Shown here one piece after another: positions 37,401-48,342 of a stretch of 64,000 bases of DNA (its first letter is position 1; the number at the start of each line of letters is the position of its first letter). The stretch comes from Paraspadella gotoi (Eukaryota; Animalia; Chaetognatha). The notes beneath the pieces were generated by a model. The model saw only the letters and a program-made list of their open reading frames with translations, was not told where the DNA came from and searched no databases. The stretch lies in the NCBI GenBank assembly GCA_051294375.1, contig CM119271.1, positions 1,358,721 through 1,422,720 of the forward strand. Direction: 5' to 3'. The position numbers and the translations under genes were made by a program.

Positions 37401-40017
37401 TGACTCGACGCCGGAAGAAGGCGGATTCAAGGCCGTCATCTTCAGCGGCGGTTGGGCCACACAAGAGGGAGAAACGCTGGACGGAGCTTTCGGCACGGGG
37501 ACGACGACTACTTCGAAACCCGTTCCCGCCGTGAAATCCATAGCAAGCTCGACGAATAAAGATCAAGCTTACGAGTCGCCGGCCGTGACGACGGCGGAAC
37601 GAAGAAAGACGAAAAAAGAAGAGTTGTTAGCCGCGTTGTCGGCGGAAGTGGCGAGTCGACGCCAGCAGAAAGCCGCCTCGATAAAATCCTCTTCGGAAAA
37701 GCAAGAAGTTCGTCCGGAGATTTCTCGCGACGCTCCCAACGTTAACGACGAGACCTACCTCATCGAGAAACCCTTCGACGATTCCGTCGCCTCCCAATCG
37801 ATTTCCCTCTGTGAAGATCCCGTCAAGAATCTGAGTCCGGAGCAGCAAAGGCTTTTGGAGGCCGAGGCGAATCTCGTGGCATCTAATATACGCCAATCGA
37901 GCGAAGTTTGTAAGTTGGACGATCTCATCGACGAGTTTAATCTCATGCTCGTCAACGGGGAAGGTATCGACAACGAGACCATGTCCGTCGCCTCCTGCAT
38001 GAGCGAATCCCAGGAGATCGACGATCACACCTTCAGCAAGGCTCCGACGACGGTGGTTTCGTCCAAGGGGCCGAGGATCGTGAAGCCGAGCGAAAAGGAA
38101 GAACTCGTCGAGGCGAAAGGAGTAAGGGGGAAACGCAAGTTGTTGTATCCCTCTCAGAGCGCCAAACCGATCGCCAATGGCAACAAAGCGCCCGTTTCGA
38201 TCAGAGGAGGGGGCGGCATTTCGACGCCGGGTACGAACGAGTCTAAAACTCAATTAAGAAAGCAGCAACGAGAAGGAACCGTCATCAACAAAGCCGCGCA
38301 ACAGTCGTCGCAGAGCAAAGCTGCCAATGGTGGCCAATCGCGTTCCAACACATTCACGCGGCCGGAATCGTCGTCTTCCAATTCGTCTTCGTCCCCCATT
38401 CCTTCTCCCGTCAACCATCCGAGCAAAGAAGACAATTCCTCTCCTCCCAGGCCTCCGGGACCTGTGAAGCAAGGAACCTTCACCAAAGATTCTCCCTCGG
38501 ATAGCGAAATGAACGTCCCGCTCATTTCACCCTCTTCCCCTTCCAAATCCAAAGCTGGTCGTCTCAAGACGCAGTCGCCGTCGCCTTCTCCGACGAGCCG
38601 GGGAATCTCCGCCCCCGCTCGATCTGGCGGTCACGGATCCGCCGGTAAATCGAAAGCCGCGGTCAGCCACGCCAACCAGCGGCCACGAACCGCGACTCCA
38701 TCCGGAGTCGCCTCCAACTTCAAGAATCGCAGCGCCAGCCGCGCTAGCTTGGGCAGCAGCGGCAGCGCGTCGGCGTCCAGCCTCAAAGGAAGCCACGCCT
38801 CTTTGAGTTCGAGCGGGAATAAGTCTGGAAACAAAAAGGCGGCGTCGACGAGCGATTTGATCGCCAACGGAGTCGCCTCGCGTCATTACAAGAACAAAGA
38901 AACTCTGCAATCCGTCGAAAAGACTAAAGCAAAGTCTGTCTCGGCGGGCGGACTCAACAATCCCCGATTGACCGTCTCGCCCAAGGGTGCGGAGAAAAGG
39001 GGCGCAGCCGGGCCGTCCACGGCCGTCGTGGGTCCGAGCAAACGGACCGCCGTCGTTAGCAAGATTGCGAGTCTCTGGAAAAAGGAGAAGAAAAGCGAAT
39101 CCGAGGGAAAAGAGGATGGAAAGGCAGAGGCCGGCAAAGACCCCGCCCTCACTAAGAGCTCCACCTACGAAAAATTGGAAAACGCGTCCCTCGACGCGCT
39201 AAACGCGGGAAAGAAGAAACAGGGAACCTTTACGAAAGACGACAAATCCGCCAAACCCAAACTGGACAACTCCGCCGGCATCTCCTCCATCGGCGGGTGG
39301 GCGAAAAAGAGAGCGGAGAGAGTCTCCAACTCGGAATCCAAGTCCAAAGCGGCAAAAGCAAAGAACAAATCTTCTTTCTACGTCAATCTCGAGTATTCCG
39401 CCGGCGAGGGTCAAAGTTCGTCGGAACCGGCGGCGGGCGCCTCGGAGTCTTCGCGGGACATATGGGTGAAACGGGCCGACGCCGCGGCGAGTCTCGACGA
39501 ATGCGGCAAGGGTCAAGGATCTGAGGAGCGCCGCCCATATTCATCGCAAAACTCCGAGGCCGGCAGCACCAAGTCGGTCAATCGCGCCGGAAACAAGACG
39601 CCCACTTTGGAGCGACTTAACTCTTTCATTAAGTTCGACAATTGGAGCGGAGCGGAGGATGCGGCCGACAGGCGCTCCACCTCTAGTGGAGCATCTACAC
39701 ACGCCGGCGCTGCATCCTCCAACGGGCGCGCCGACTCAATCACGAGTCTTTCCGCCAAATCCTCGGGACGAGTCTCTGTCGCTTCTCTGCAACGGAGCCC
39801 CACGACCGAATCCATCATGGCCGCCGCCTCCGCCGCCGTGCAAATCGTAACGCCGTTTAACTGGAGTCCGCCTGCCGACGCTGCCGAAGCCGATGAAGAC
39901 GCCGGCATTGCTCGAAGTCGGAAGCAGTCGAGCTCGGCGCGGTCCAATGCGGATTCGGCCGAACTCGAGGCCGAAGACGGAAGGAAGAAGAGCACCTGCT
40001 TGATCACGACTGTGTGA
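24997..40017 (+). CDS. APC: Adenomatous polyposis coli; 2 exons 24997-26232 and 31930-40017 (about 3100 aa)
   Basis: GSKVEMVYSLLSML...SCIAMRQSGCLPLLIQLLH. Armadillo repeats (RRYAGMALTNLTFGD, LRNLSWRAD). 15-aa repeat EDQPTNFSLRY and multiple 20-aa repeats (EGTPxxFSRxSSLSSL). Region B/CID (TPLMFSRCSS...SPSELPDSP), SAMP-like CIKMAMP, C-terminal PDZ ligand ITTV. Phase-0 GT-AG junction. Confidence 0.95.
26431..26940 (-). repeat. Penelope pseudo-LTR, 3' copy, with (GA)n tracts
   Basis: Near-identical to 30559-31045 (direct) and to part of 31044-31598 (inverted). Confidence 0.9.
26478..26537 (-). ncRNA. Minimal type I hammerhead ribozyme, copy 1
   Basis: Minus strand reads UAA-CUGAUGA-A-GACUCU-aaaacuca-AGAGUC-GAAA-C-AU-GUC/UUA. 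Intact core boxes, 6-bp stem II, self-complementary ACAUGU stem III, GUC cleavage triplet. Confidence 0.85.
27069..30523 (-). pseudogene. Frameshifted Penelope RT-GIY-YIG polyprotein ORF
   Basis: RT, thumb and endonuclease motifs appear in the right order but are spread over several frames (ORF-track pieces at 27069-28850 and 29988-30434). Confidence 0.8.
30606..30665 (-). ncRNA. Minimal type I hammerhead ribozyme, copy 2 (about 90 nt upstream of the element ATG)
   Basis: Same motif as copy 1, but the first stem II pair is disrupted (AACUCU vs AGAGUC). Confidence 0.7.
31452..31512 (+). ncRNA. Minimal type I hammerhead ribozyme, copy 3 (sense to the APC pre-mRNA)
   Basis: CTGATGA at 31462-31468, GACTCT/AGAGTC stem II, then GAAAC-AGAT-GTC. 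Confidence 0.78.
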
Positions 40018-41613
40018 TTATCGTGGTTGGAATAATCTTGGATAATCACTGCGGTTTGAAAGGGAATAGACTCGGATTGGCCTGAATAGTCGCAAAAATC
40101 GGTCTACTTGATCTCATTAACGCCTTGAAAAATAAAAACATTGAAGACAGTACACTAAAGTATTTGCTTTTTAATTTTGAAGAGGGAAAGTTCGTGTTTT
40201 GTGTGGTTCTTCCGTTTTTACTTTGCTTCTTTTTTCAAATTTCAACAAAATTGATCGGGCTTCTGTGTTTGTATATATCTATAAATGTTTGTGTATGTGT
40301 AGTAAACCTGTAGTAATGCCTGCAAACGATTTAAGAAAGGCTTCGAATCGAGATTGCTCCTTAATATATCTATCGGCAGCCATGCTACAGCCCTTTCTTA
40401 AATTTTGGATTCATTCCAGGCTACCTCTGATAATAGCTTTTACCTCACTTCTTTTATGTGTAATTATTATTTCTAGTCAGCTTGAAAAAAATTGTTTAAC
40501 TTTTTTAAATGGGATTATGTATTTTTTCTTCGTGATTTAAACTACATTGAAATTTTGTTGGGTTTATTTGCGTGAAAGCTTTCTTAGAGAATGAGATAAT
40601 TTAATTGTATAGACATTATTTCTAGGACGAAGGTCATTTTTGTTTTAAATTTTTTTGTAAATTCATCTTTTTCATTTTCGTTCTATTAGAACTTCTAATC
40701 GTGTTTTTTCCTGCACTTATAATTTTGATAGAATTTGATAGTTCTTTTTATTTCCTTTATTTATTTATTTTCCTTTATTTCCTTTCCTTTTTTCCTTTGC
40801 TCAAGAGCATTCTGCATAATTTTTCCATGCATTTATTAAACTCCAGTCTGTTTTATTCCGATCTTATGAATAAAAAAAAATGCAATATAATAATTAAAAG
40901 CGCTATGTCATCGAATGAATGAATAAATTTTTACACAGCCATTGGTTATTGGTTAAATCACACTATTTTGGCGCAATCTGTGCAAGTGATAACATTTTTT
41001 GCAGCCGATTCTTACCGCATGTTGTCTTGCCGCTTTTTAAAATTGTTAAAAAAAGTTTCACGTTAACCCTTTTAGTGCCAAATATCTCTTTAAATTTAAA
41101 TTCGATGACTTATCCAAAAAATCGGCGCAGAAAAAAAATGAATCTAATCTCGATGAAACAATTAAGTATTATTACGTAATTATATGTATATTGTACAAAT
41201 TATGGAAAACCAGTTTTTCTCGCGATTAAAAAGTAGAATTTTTTTTTCTTCTAAGCCCGCGTCTATGCAATATATTTAATTCTTTTAGTTGATCTTCGCC
41301 CGCAATTAAGAATGCAATTCAAAAACCCTTATATTTCTTACTAACGAATCAATTAACTTTGAAAATTAATCACGATCCTTATTTATTCGTTTTTTTTTTT
41401 TCTTTTCGTGCCGTGACAATTACATTATTAATATCCGTGTATTCTCGCTTACGGAATTTTCACAATCGCGTCTTTTTTTTTCTTTTGATGAAATTATATT
41501 TTTTTTCTGCGCACTAATCTCAAAGTAATAAAAGTAAAGAAAAAAATTAATTTGCTTTTTTGTTTTTAGATGATTTTAACGTCGGAGTTGTTGCCGACAA
41601 CAACAACAACGCC

Positions 41614-44600
41614 ATGTTTTCTCCAGGCGGTCTGGCGAGACTCAAATCCGCCTGCTCCTCCCTCGAGGGCGTATCTCTCGACCGCGGCGACGTGCTGCGC
41701 CTCTTTCGCGTCGACGGGCAAGTTCTGTCGGGCGGCCTCCTCAACCCCAAGGGTGGCGCCCCCGGCGCGGCTTCGGTGACCGCCGACGCCCGACACTGCG
41801 AGACAGTCGACCTTCCGCTCGCCCGTCCCGGCGAACGCGTCTTTCTCGGCGTCGACGACTTCGCCCCGCAGGAGGACGGCGACCTCGGCTTTCGACGCGG
41901 CGACGTCATCATCGGCGAGCAGCAGCTGGATCCCAACTGGTGGCGCGGGCGAGTGGTGCTGCCGAGCGGCGACGCCCTCAGCGACAGCGGCGTTTTTCCT
42001 CTGACGTTCGTCGCTTCCGCTCATGTCCGCGCTGATGAGTCGGCTCCCGTCGCTCCGTCGGGCCACGCCGCGCCAGCCCCCGCGGCGCCGTTAGTTTCGA
42101 CCGTCGAAAAAACCTTCTTAGCGCGGGCGACCGTCGACTGCGTGGGTCAGTTGGACGAAGAGTTGAGTTTTAAGTCCGGAGACGTCATCGTCATTCACGG
42201 AGTCGTCGATGAAATTTTCTACGAGGGAGAAATCGAAGGTAAAAAAGGACTCGTAGTCTCCTCGTTGGTGGAGAGACTTGACGGAAATGGTGGCGGCGGC
42301 GGCGACAGCAGCAGCGCAAATGGAAACGGCCAACCCGAGCCGCCTCTCGCAGTGGACGACCTGGACCTACCGCCGCCGCCGCCGAAGCCAGTTCTCTGCC
42401 GCGCCGAATTCGCCTTCGTAGCGACGAAACCCGGACAAGCTAGTTTTGCCGCCGACGAGCGCGTCCTCGTGATCGGCGAGGCGGCGTCGCCGGGGTGGTC
42501 GACGATCCGCTTGGTGGATCGAGTGCCTGTTGTGGAGGGAATGGCGCCTACTTCGTTTTTGAGGGAAGAGGATGAAAGCGCGATGACGATAAAGACCACG
42601 CCCACCGTCAATGGCGCCGATCGCCTCGCTCCATCCCTCGCTTACGCCACAGCCCTCTATGACTTCGTTCCCGAAACGCAAGACGACTTGCCTCTCAAAT
42701 CTGGCGAGGTCGTCGACGTATTGACCTTCGTCGACTCCAACTGGATTCGCGCTCGAAACGACGCCGGGGCCGTCGGTATTTGTCCCGCGGCGTTTCTCGA
42801 AGTCGCCGGTCTGACCCCGACGACTTCGTCCGCGACCGATCCTCCTCCGTCTCGAATGTCCAGAAGCAACACGACGGAAAACGAGTTTGGCTCCAACAAG
42901 AGCAAATTGTCGCGGCGTCGCACGTACGACCCGCTACATCCGGCTCCTTCCTTCGCTTCCGTCGCCCAGTACGATCGTTCGAAGACCGATCAACGGTCCG
43001 CACCCGGTCGACCCGTCCGTCCCGCGCAACCGGCGCCCGCGGTGCCAACGGCTCCGTCTTCCCTCGAGACCGATGCCAAATCCAACTTGGTCTCGAGACC
43101 CCGACGACCGCCTCCGCCCAGAGTCCCCTCTGTGGGGAGCGAATCATCTTCCGTCTTCCAAAGAACCGATTCGTCCGAGAGCGAGCGACGCGAACGCGAT
43201 AAGCAGAGCGAGAAGATGGCGGAGAAAAAGGTAAAGGTCGTGGAGGAGCTCATCGAAACGGAGCGCCGCTATTTGCAGGACCTCGAGTTGTGCGTGAGGA
43301 TCTTTCTCGATGAGGGCAGCCCGCCGGCTCCAGCCAGGCCTTTGTTCGGTAATATCAAGACGGTCATCGAGGTGGGCAAAGAATTGTTGGCTTGGTTGCT
43401 AAAGACTGGCAACGCGGACGCTTGCGAGAGGTGTTACGGTAAATGCTTTTTACAATTAGTGGACATGATGAAGAGAGCTTACACTCCCTATTGTCGGAAC
43501 CACGACGACGTGTTGAGCTTGATGGAAACGTTCGAGAAATCCCCCGAGATCTGTCACTGGATCGACGTTGGAGTTTCCAAGATGAAGCGAGAGACGAACG
43601 TCTTTGACCTGAGTTCCGTACTCATAAAACCCGTCCAAAGGATCCTCAAGTATCCACTGCTCCTCCAAGAGTTGGAAAAGTATACCCCGGACAACCACCC
43701 CGACAAAGTATGCCTCATGCAAGCCATCGTTTCCATGAACGCCGTCGCCCAAGAGATCAACGAACTCAAGCGCCGGAAGGACGTCGTCTCCAAATACAAA
43801 GAAGAGTCGAGCTTCGGCGACAAGATATCTAAGTTCAACATGCACAGCGTCAAGAAGAAATCCTCAAGAATGTCGCAGATGATATCGCAGGGACTCGGCG
43901 CCGCCGACCGGACCGTCGACGAATCCTTCAACCTGGCCGAGCAAGAGTACCTGGCCCTCGACGCGACGGTGAAGGACCTTCAGCGCGACATCGTCTCCGC
44001 GAACAACCTCTTGATCGACGCCTTTTCCGATTTGCACGCCGTGGGCGAGGACCTCACCGACATTCTTTCCGATCCCGCCCTGGAACGACGAGTAACGGAA
44101 AACCTTCAGCGCGTTCTGAGAAGCATCGTCCAGCGCCATCTGCAGGATTACACGTCGGCCATCACGGACAACGTTTTAAATCCTTTGAGCGACTTGCAGT
44201 ATTTTCTCTCCGGTCCGCATAAGTTAATTCAAAAGCGTCGCGACAAACTGCTGGACTGCGACCGGCTGCGCAACCGTATCAGTTCCGTCGACACCACCAC
44301 CACAGTCGACCTGTTCAAGGTCAAGGGTTTGCAGAAAGAGTTGGAGGAGGTCGACAGCATGTACGTCGCCCTCAACTCGCAGCTTAAGGATGAGCTCCCC
44401 AAACTTTGCTCCGCCGCCGGGGCGGTCGTCAACAACTGCCTCACCTCCTACATGACCTTCCAGAAAAACCTCTTTCAAAATTCTCGAGGGCAACTCATGC
44501 AATTGGCGCTGGATACTGAAATCGGCTCCACGGCATTAGCGTCTCAACCGACGGTGAAGGGGGTGACGCCGACGGCGCTCGTCGTCGAAAAATTCCTTTC

Positions 44601-45759
44601 GCGTCATCTCTTCACCGTTGAACGTTTGGGGCAAAGCGTCAAATTCATCCCGTCCGGCTTCTCCGCCGTCAGCGGCGCCTCCATCGTCAAAGACGAAGGG
44701 GTGCCGAAGAAGTCCGGCGGAAGCTCTCCTCCCTCCAGGAAATCCACCATCACTTCTCGAGCCTCATTAAGCAAACTCTCCCTCAGATCCGGAACGCGGC
44801 ATTCCCGACCCTCTTCGATGAATCTGTCTGTGGACCGGCCTTCCCCAACCCCCTCGCCGACAACCCCGACGACGACGTTACCAAAGCAAGCGGAGTCTGC
44901 TCGGGTTTATCTCAAATCCCTCTATCCCGCGGATAAGCTTTACCTCGTTCGCGCTGACCACGTGGCGCGGGAGACGATGGATTTGACGGTGGCGGGGGGG
45001 ACGTTGGTCGGCGTCATTAAAGACAAGGATCCGCTTGGAGGCTCTGATCGTTGGTTCGTCGATACGGGAGAGAGTAAAGGCTTTCTACCGGTCGGGGCTA
45101 TGACGAGGGGCTCATCGCCGCAGCCCGTCTCTTCGGGCTTGGTCACTCCGATCACGCCCATCACTCCAGCCACGCCATTCCAAGAATTGATCGACTTGGA
45201 AACTCCGCCGATAGAGAGCGAACACGTCGATGGGAAATTACGATCGCAACGAGACTCATCGCCCTTCGACTCTGGCACAACAAGCTCTTATTATCTAGCA
45301 TCGGGAGTCAGTTGCGATCAACGAGGCCACAGTCCTAGTGACGAAGCGAAAACCACCGAATTGAGTCATAAACCGTCAAGCGTTATTCCAACTGACGCCA
45401 ATTCTCGCTACGAACGACCGGAAGTCGCTAATTCCGGCAACGAATCAACCGGCGCCGCTCAGTACTACTGCAATTTGGAGGAGATCGAAAACGACGTCGG
45501 GAGCGCAACCGGAGACGATGCTCAGCGCGTAAGTGCGGCGGAAACGTCAACGACTTCTGCCACCACTCTCTATCGCGTCATGTACGACTTCGACGGGATG
45601 GGCAGCAATACTCTCGCCATCGGCAAGAGCGACGTCGTGGAATTCTTGATCGGACACGATCAAGAGGGAAATTCCGAATGGTGGTTGGTGAAAAACGTTC
45701 AGACGCTGGCCAAGGGCTACGTTCCCGCCAATTACCTTAAATTTTTGAGGAGTAAATGA
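41614..45759 (+). CDS. DNMBP: Dynamin-binding protein / Tuba (N-terminal SH3 array, DH, BAR, two C-terminal SH3); uninterrupted ORF
   Basis: SH3 motifs (DLGFRRGD..NWW, ELSFKSGD, ALYDF..DLPLKSGE). DH domain (EELIETERRY...LIKPVQRILKYPLLL), BAR region (KLIQKRRDKLLD), terminal SH3 (EWWLV...GYVPANYL). Start taken at GCCATG 41614; an upstream exon is possible via the acceptor at 41569. Confidence 0.92.
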   Translation: MFSPGGLARLKSACSSLEGVSLDRGDVLRLFRVDGQVLSGGLLNPKGGAPGAASVTADARHCETVDLPLARPGERVFLGVDDFAPQEDGDLGFRRGDVIIGEQQLDPNWWRGRVVLPSGDALSDSGVFPLTFVASAHVRADESAPVAPSGHAAPAPAAPLVSTVEKTFLARATVDCVGQLDEELSFKSGDVIVIHGVVDEIFYEGEIEGKKGLVVSSLVERLDGNGGGGGDSSSANGNGQPEPPLAVDDLDLPPPPPKPVLCRAEFAFVATKPGQASFAADERVLVIGEAASPGWSTIRLVDRVPVVEGMAPTSFLREEDESAMTIKTTPTVNGADRLAPSLAYATALYDFVPETQDDLPLKSGEVVDVLTFVDSNWIRARNDAGAVGICPAAFLEVAGLTPTTSSATDPPPSRMSRSNTTENEFGSNKSKLSRRRTYDPLHPAPSFASVAQYDRSKTDQRSAPGRPVRPAQPAPAVPTAPSSLETDAKSNLVSRPRRPPPPRVPSVGSESSSVFQRTDSSESERRERDKQSEKMAEKKVKVVEELIETERRYLQDLELCVRIFLDEGSPPAPARPLFGNIKTVIEVGKELLAWLLKTGNADACERCYGKCFLQLVDMMKRAYTPYCRNHDDVLSLMETFEKSPEICHWIDVGVSKMKRETNVFDLSSVLIKPVQRILKYPLLLQELEKYTPDNHPDKVCLMQAIVSMNAVAQEINELKRRKDVVSKYKEESSFGDKISKFNMHSVKKKSSRMSQMISQGLGAADRTVDESFNLAEQEYLALDATVKDLQRDIVSANNLLIDAFSDLHAVGEDLTDILSDPALERRVTENLQRVLRSIVQRHLQDYTSAITDNVLNPLSDLQYFLSGPHKLIQKRRDKLLDCDRLRNRISSVDTTTTVDLFKVKGLQKELEEVDSMYVALNSQLKDELPKLCSAAGAVVNNCLTSYMTFQKNLFQNSRGQLMQLALDTEIGSTALASQPTVKGVTPTALVVEKFLSRHLFTVERLGQSVKFIPSGFSAVSGASIVKDEGVPKKSGGSSPPSRKSTITSRASLSKLSLRSGTRHSRPSSMNLSVDRPSPTPSPTTPTTTLPKQAESARVYLKSLYPADKLYLVRADHVARETMDLTVAGGTLVGVIKDKDPLGGSDRWFVDTGESKGFLPVGAMTRGSSPQPVSSGLVTPITPITPATPFQELIDLETPPIESEHVDGKLRSQRDSSPFDSGTTSSYYLASGVSCDQRGHSPSDEAKTTELSHKPSSVIPTDANSRYERPEVANSGNESTGAAQYYCNLEEIENDVGSATGDDAQRVSAAETSTTSATTLYRVMYDFDGMGSNTLAIGKSDVVEFLIGHDQEGNSEWWLVKNVQTLAKGYVPANYLKFLRSK

Positions 45760-46486
45760 GATGGGCTTTCGATTTAACGTCCCCACCGAAAAAGAAAAAA
45801 ACATTAAAAAAAAAACAAAAACAAAAAAAAACTATGTTTGATAATAGCCAAAAAAATTTTTGTTGCACTCCTATTCGTGAAGGGGGAAAAATGGCATCGT
45901 CATATTATGAGCCGCTTCTGTATAACTACTATAGTTTTCAACAATGTTTAATATGAGCACATTTTCGTTTTTGTCTGATAAATCAAGTTTATGGGAACTT
46001 TTAGAAAAATGGATGTTTAAACGTTTTCAAACTTCAAAGTGCTCTTTTCGCGTAATTTAAATTACGTTATGGCATATTTTAAGTTTTTTTTTAAAAATTC
46101 ATGGTTTCATGTAAATTTAAATATCTAATTTGGATCTTTACTTGTTAAACTCCGCTAATTAGTACTTGAAAGAGCTAACTCACCCAACGGTATTCGTATC
46201 GCCAGTTATTGCCATATTAAACACAGTATTCCTGAACTAAACCTAGTCAATTATCCCGAAATACCATTCCAAACATGTAGTCTCACTCGATTCATACTAA
46301 AACAATTCATCGCAAAAAATGTTACCATATTTGGCCTATATTTGTGATACAGAAATTTTTATCGTACTTTTTGGTGTCAGTAATTAAACGGACGTAATTG
46401 GGTTTCTACGTACATCGGGATATACATATGTTTTTTTTTCTTCTATTTTTCTTAAGCCAATAACTTTATTCATTGACTCGGGTGAT

Positions 46487-47845
46487 ATGGAATCGCTGGA
46501 TCCTTACCTGGAGACTTTCGAAAAGTCCTACCTCAAGGTCGTCCTCTTCAAGATCGTGACGGCGCTCAAGGAGGAGATAGACAATCGTCATTGGAGGGTC
46601 GACGTCAACGACGATGGGATCATCCTCGTCGAGCGGATCGTCGACGAGACCTTCGATCTTTCACGGGAAGATGCTCGCGACGACGACCAGGCTCTAGATT
46701 TCCTCGAAGAATTCAATTCCTCAGCCGACGCCGCCGACGCCGCCGACGCCTTTGACTCCGATTCGGAGAGAAACTCTACCGAAAGGCGGCGTTGGACACT
46801 CCCGGTCTCTATGAAGCGAAAACGCGGACGGCCGAGGAAAAAGGACTCCACTCCCTTGACGATGTTTGAGGAAGGCGACGTCAAAGTATTTATCTTTTTA
46901 TTTATATATTGTTATACAATTTTTTTATTCTAATTTATTCTTTCTCATTAAAGTTTCCGGTGGACTTGTCTTTGGCTACGCGACTTGACGGCGCCGACGG
47001 GTTTCTCTGTAACGTGTGCGGCGCCGCTTTCCCCACCAAGCAGTCGCTCCGACGACACGCCGCTAAAGCCCACGATTCTCGGACGTGGCCTTGCAAGGTT
47101 CGCTCGATTATCTATGATTGTGATTGATATGTGATTGATATATGATTGATGTATGATTGTTATATGATTAATAATATAATGATTACGATTATTTCCAAGG
47201 CGTATGGCCATCAATTATTCTATTCTTTATTGTACTTAATTTTTATTCACGCAGATTTGTGGAAAGCATTTCAACAACGGGAAGCACGCGCGACGACATG
47301 AACTCTCGGTCCACCTGCGGAAAACAAAGTTGGACTGCCCCGTCTGCGGGAAAACCTGCTCCACCAAGGAGAACCTCGGAAGACACATTCGCTCCATTCA
47401 CGAGAAGAAGAAAGTTCTTTGCGAGGTAAACTATAAAGATGTGGTGATTGGAAGGAATATATAAAAATTAACAATTTACCAGGTTTGCGGCAAAGGATTC
47501 ACCGCTGCCCACAGCATGAAGATCCACGTGGACTTGGTCCACTTGCGCAAGCGCGTCCCTTGTACCTTTTGTGGCAAAGAAATGAGCGAGATACACTTGC
47601 GACGCCACGTGCGGAGCGTCCACCAGGGCGTCCGCCATTCCTGCCAATTTTGCAGCAAGTCTTTCGACCGGCCGTATCGGCTCAAGAAACATATGGCCTC
47701 CGTTCACGGAGCCAAGGACGACGCCGTTAAGGACGACAACACCTCGGTGTCCACTTGGCTTAATCTTCCAACAGCGGAGGTGGTTGGGAGTGCCGTGGAG
47801 ATGGTGGCCGCGGATTTACTTTTCCAGGAGGAACCAGTTGCGTGA
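46487..47845 (+). CDS. AT-hook plus C2H2 zinc-finger protein; about 4 exons
   Basis: KRKRGRPRKK AT-hook. Successive C2H2 fingers (CNVC...H..H, CPVC, CTFC, CQFC) joined by GT-AG introns near 46886, 47098 and 47426. Confidence 0.75.
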
Positions 47846-48342
47846 CCTTTTTTTCCTTTGAACAATTAGATGAAATTTAATACTACTAGTTCTTTCTCCT
47901 GTTTATACTTGTGCCATGTTTTAATTAGTGTTTGATTTCGAATGCTCCATGACTTTTTAAAAATTGTTATCGATATTGGAATGAATGCCTATTGTGATTT
48001 CAATCATAACGCAAAATATTTATTTGAAAATACAAATTGTATTTCGCAGGTTTTTTTCTCAAGTTGTTGTAAATTCTAATTAGTAGATATAATCATTTCG
48101 CTGGATGATAGTCAGTCAGCTTTTAAAAATTCTTGGCAGATAATTTTTGGGCTCAAATTCCAGAAAGATTTCGGTTTATGCAGTCAATAGATAATACAAC
48201 AATCACCCTCTTACACTGATAATACTGACGTGAGGCAGCGAAAATGGTTGCGAAGCATCTTGGTCAAATCTTTACCGTTCAATTCCGAATTTTAATATGC
48301 ATTTATTAAAAAAAATTTTTAGAAAGCAAAAAAATCGGAGGC

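Noticed and set aside
40125-41179. Several hydrophobic ORFs after APC
   Set aside because: AT-rich 3' UTR or intergenic sequence giving F/L/I/K-rich spurious translations.
31945-45804. Numerous 60-210 aa minus-strand and alternative-frame ORFs overlapping APC and DNMBP (also KLHDC4, ACSS3)
   Set aside because: Expected shadows of GC-rich biased codon usage, with no recognisable domains.
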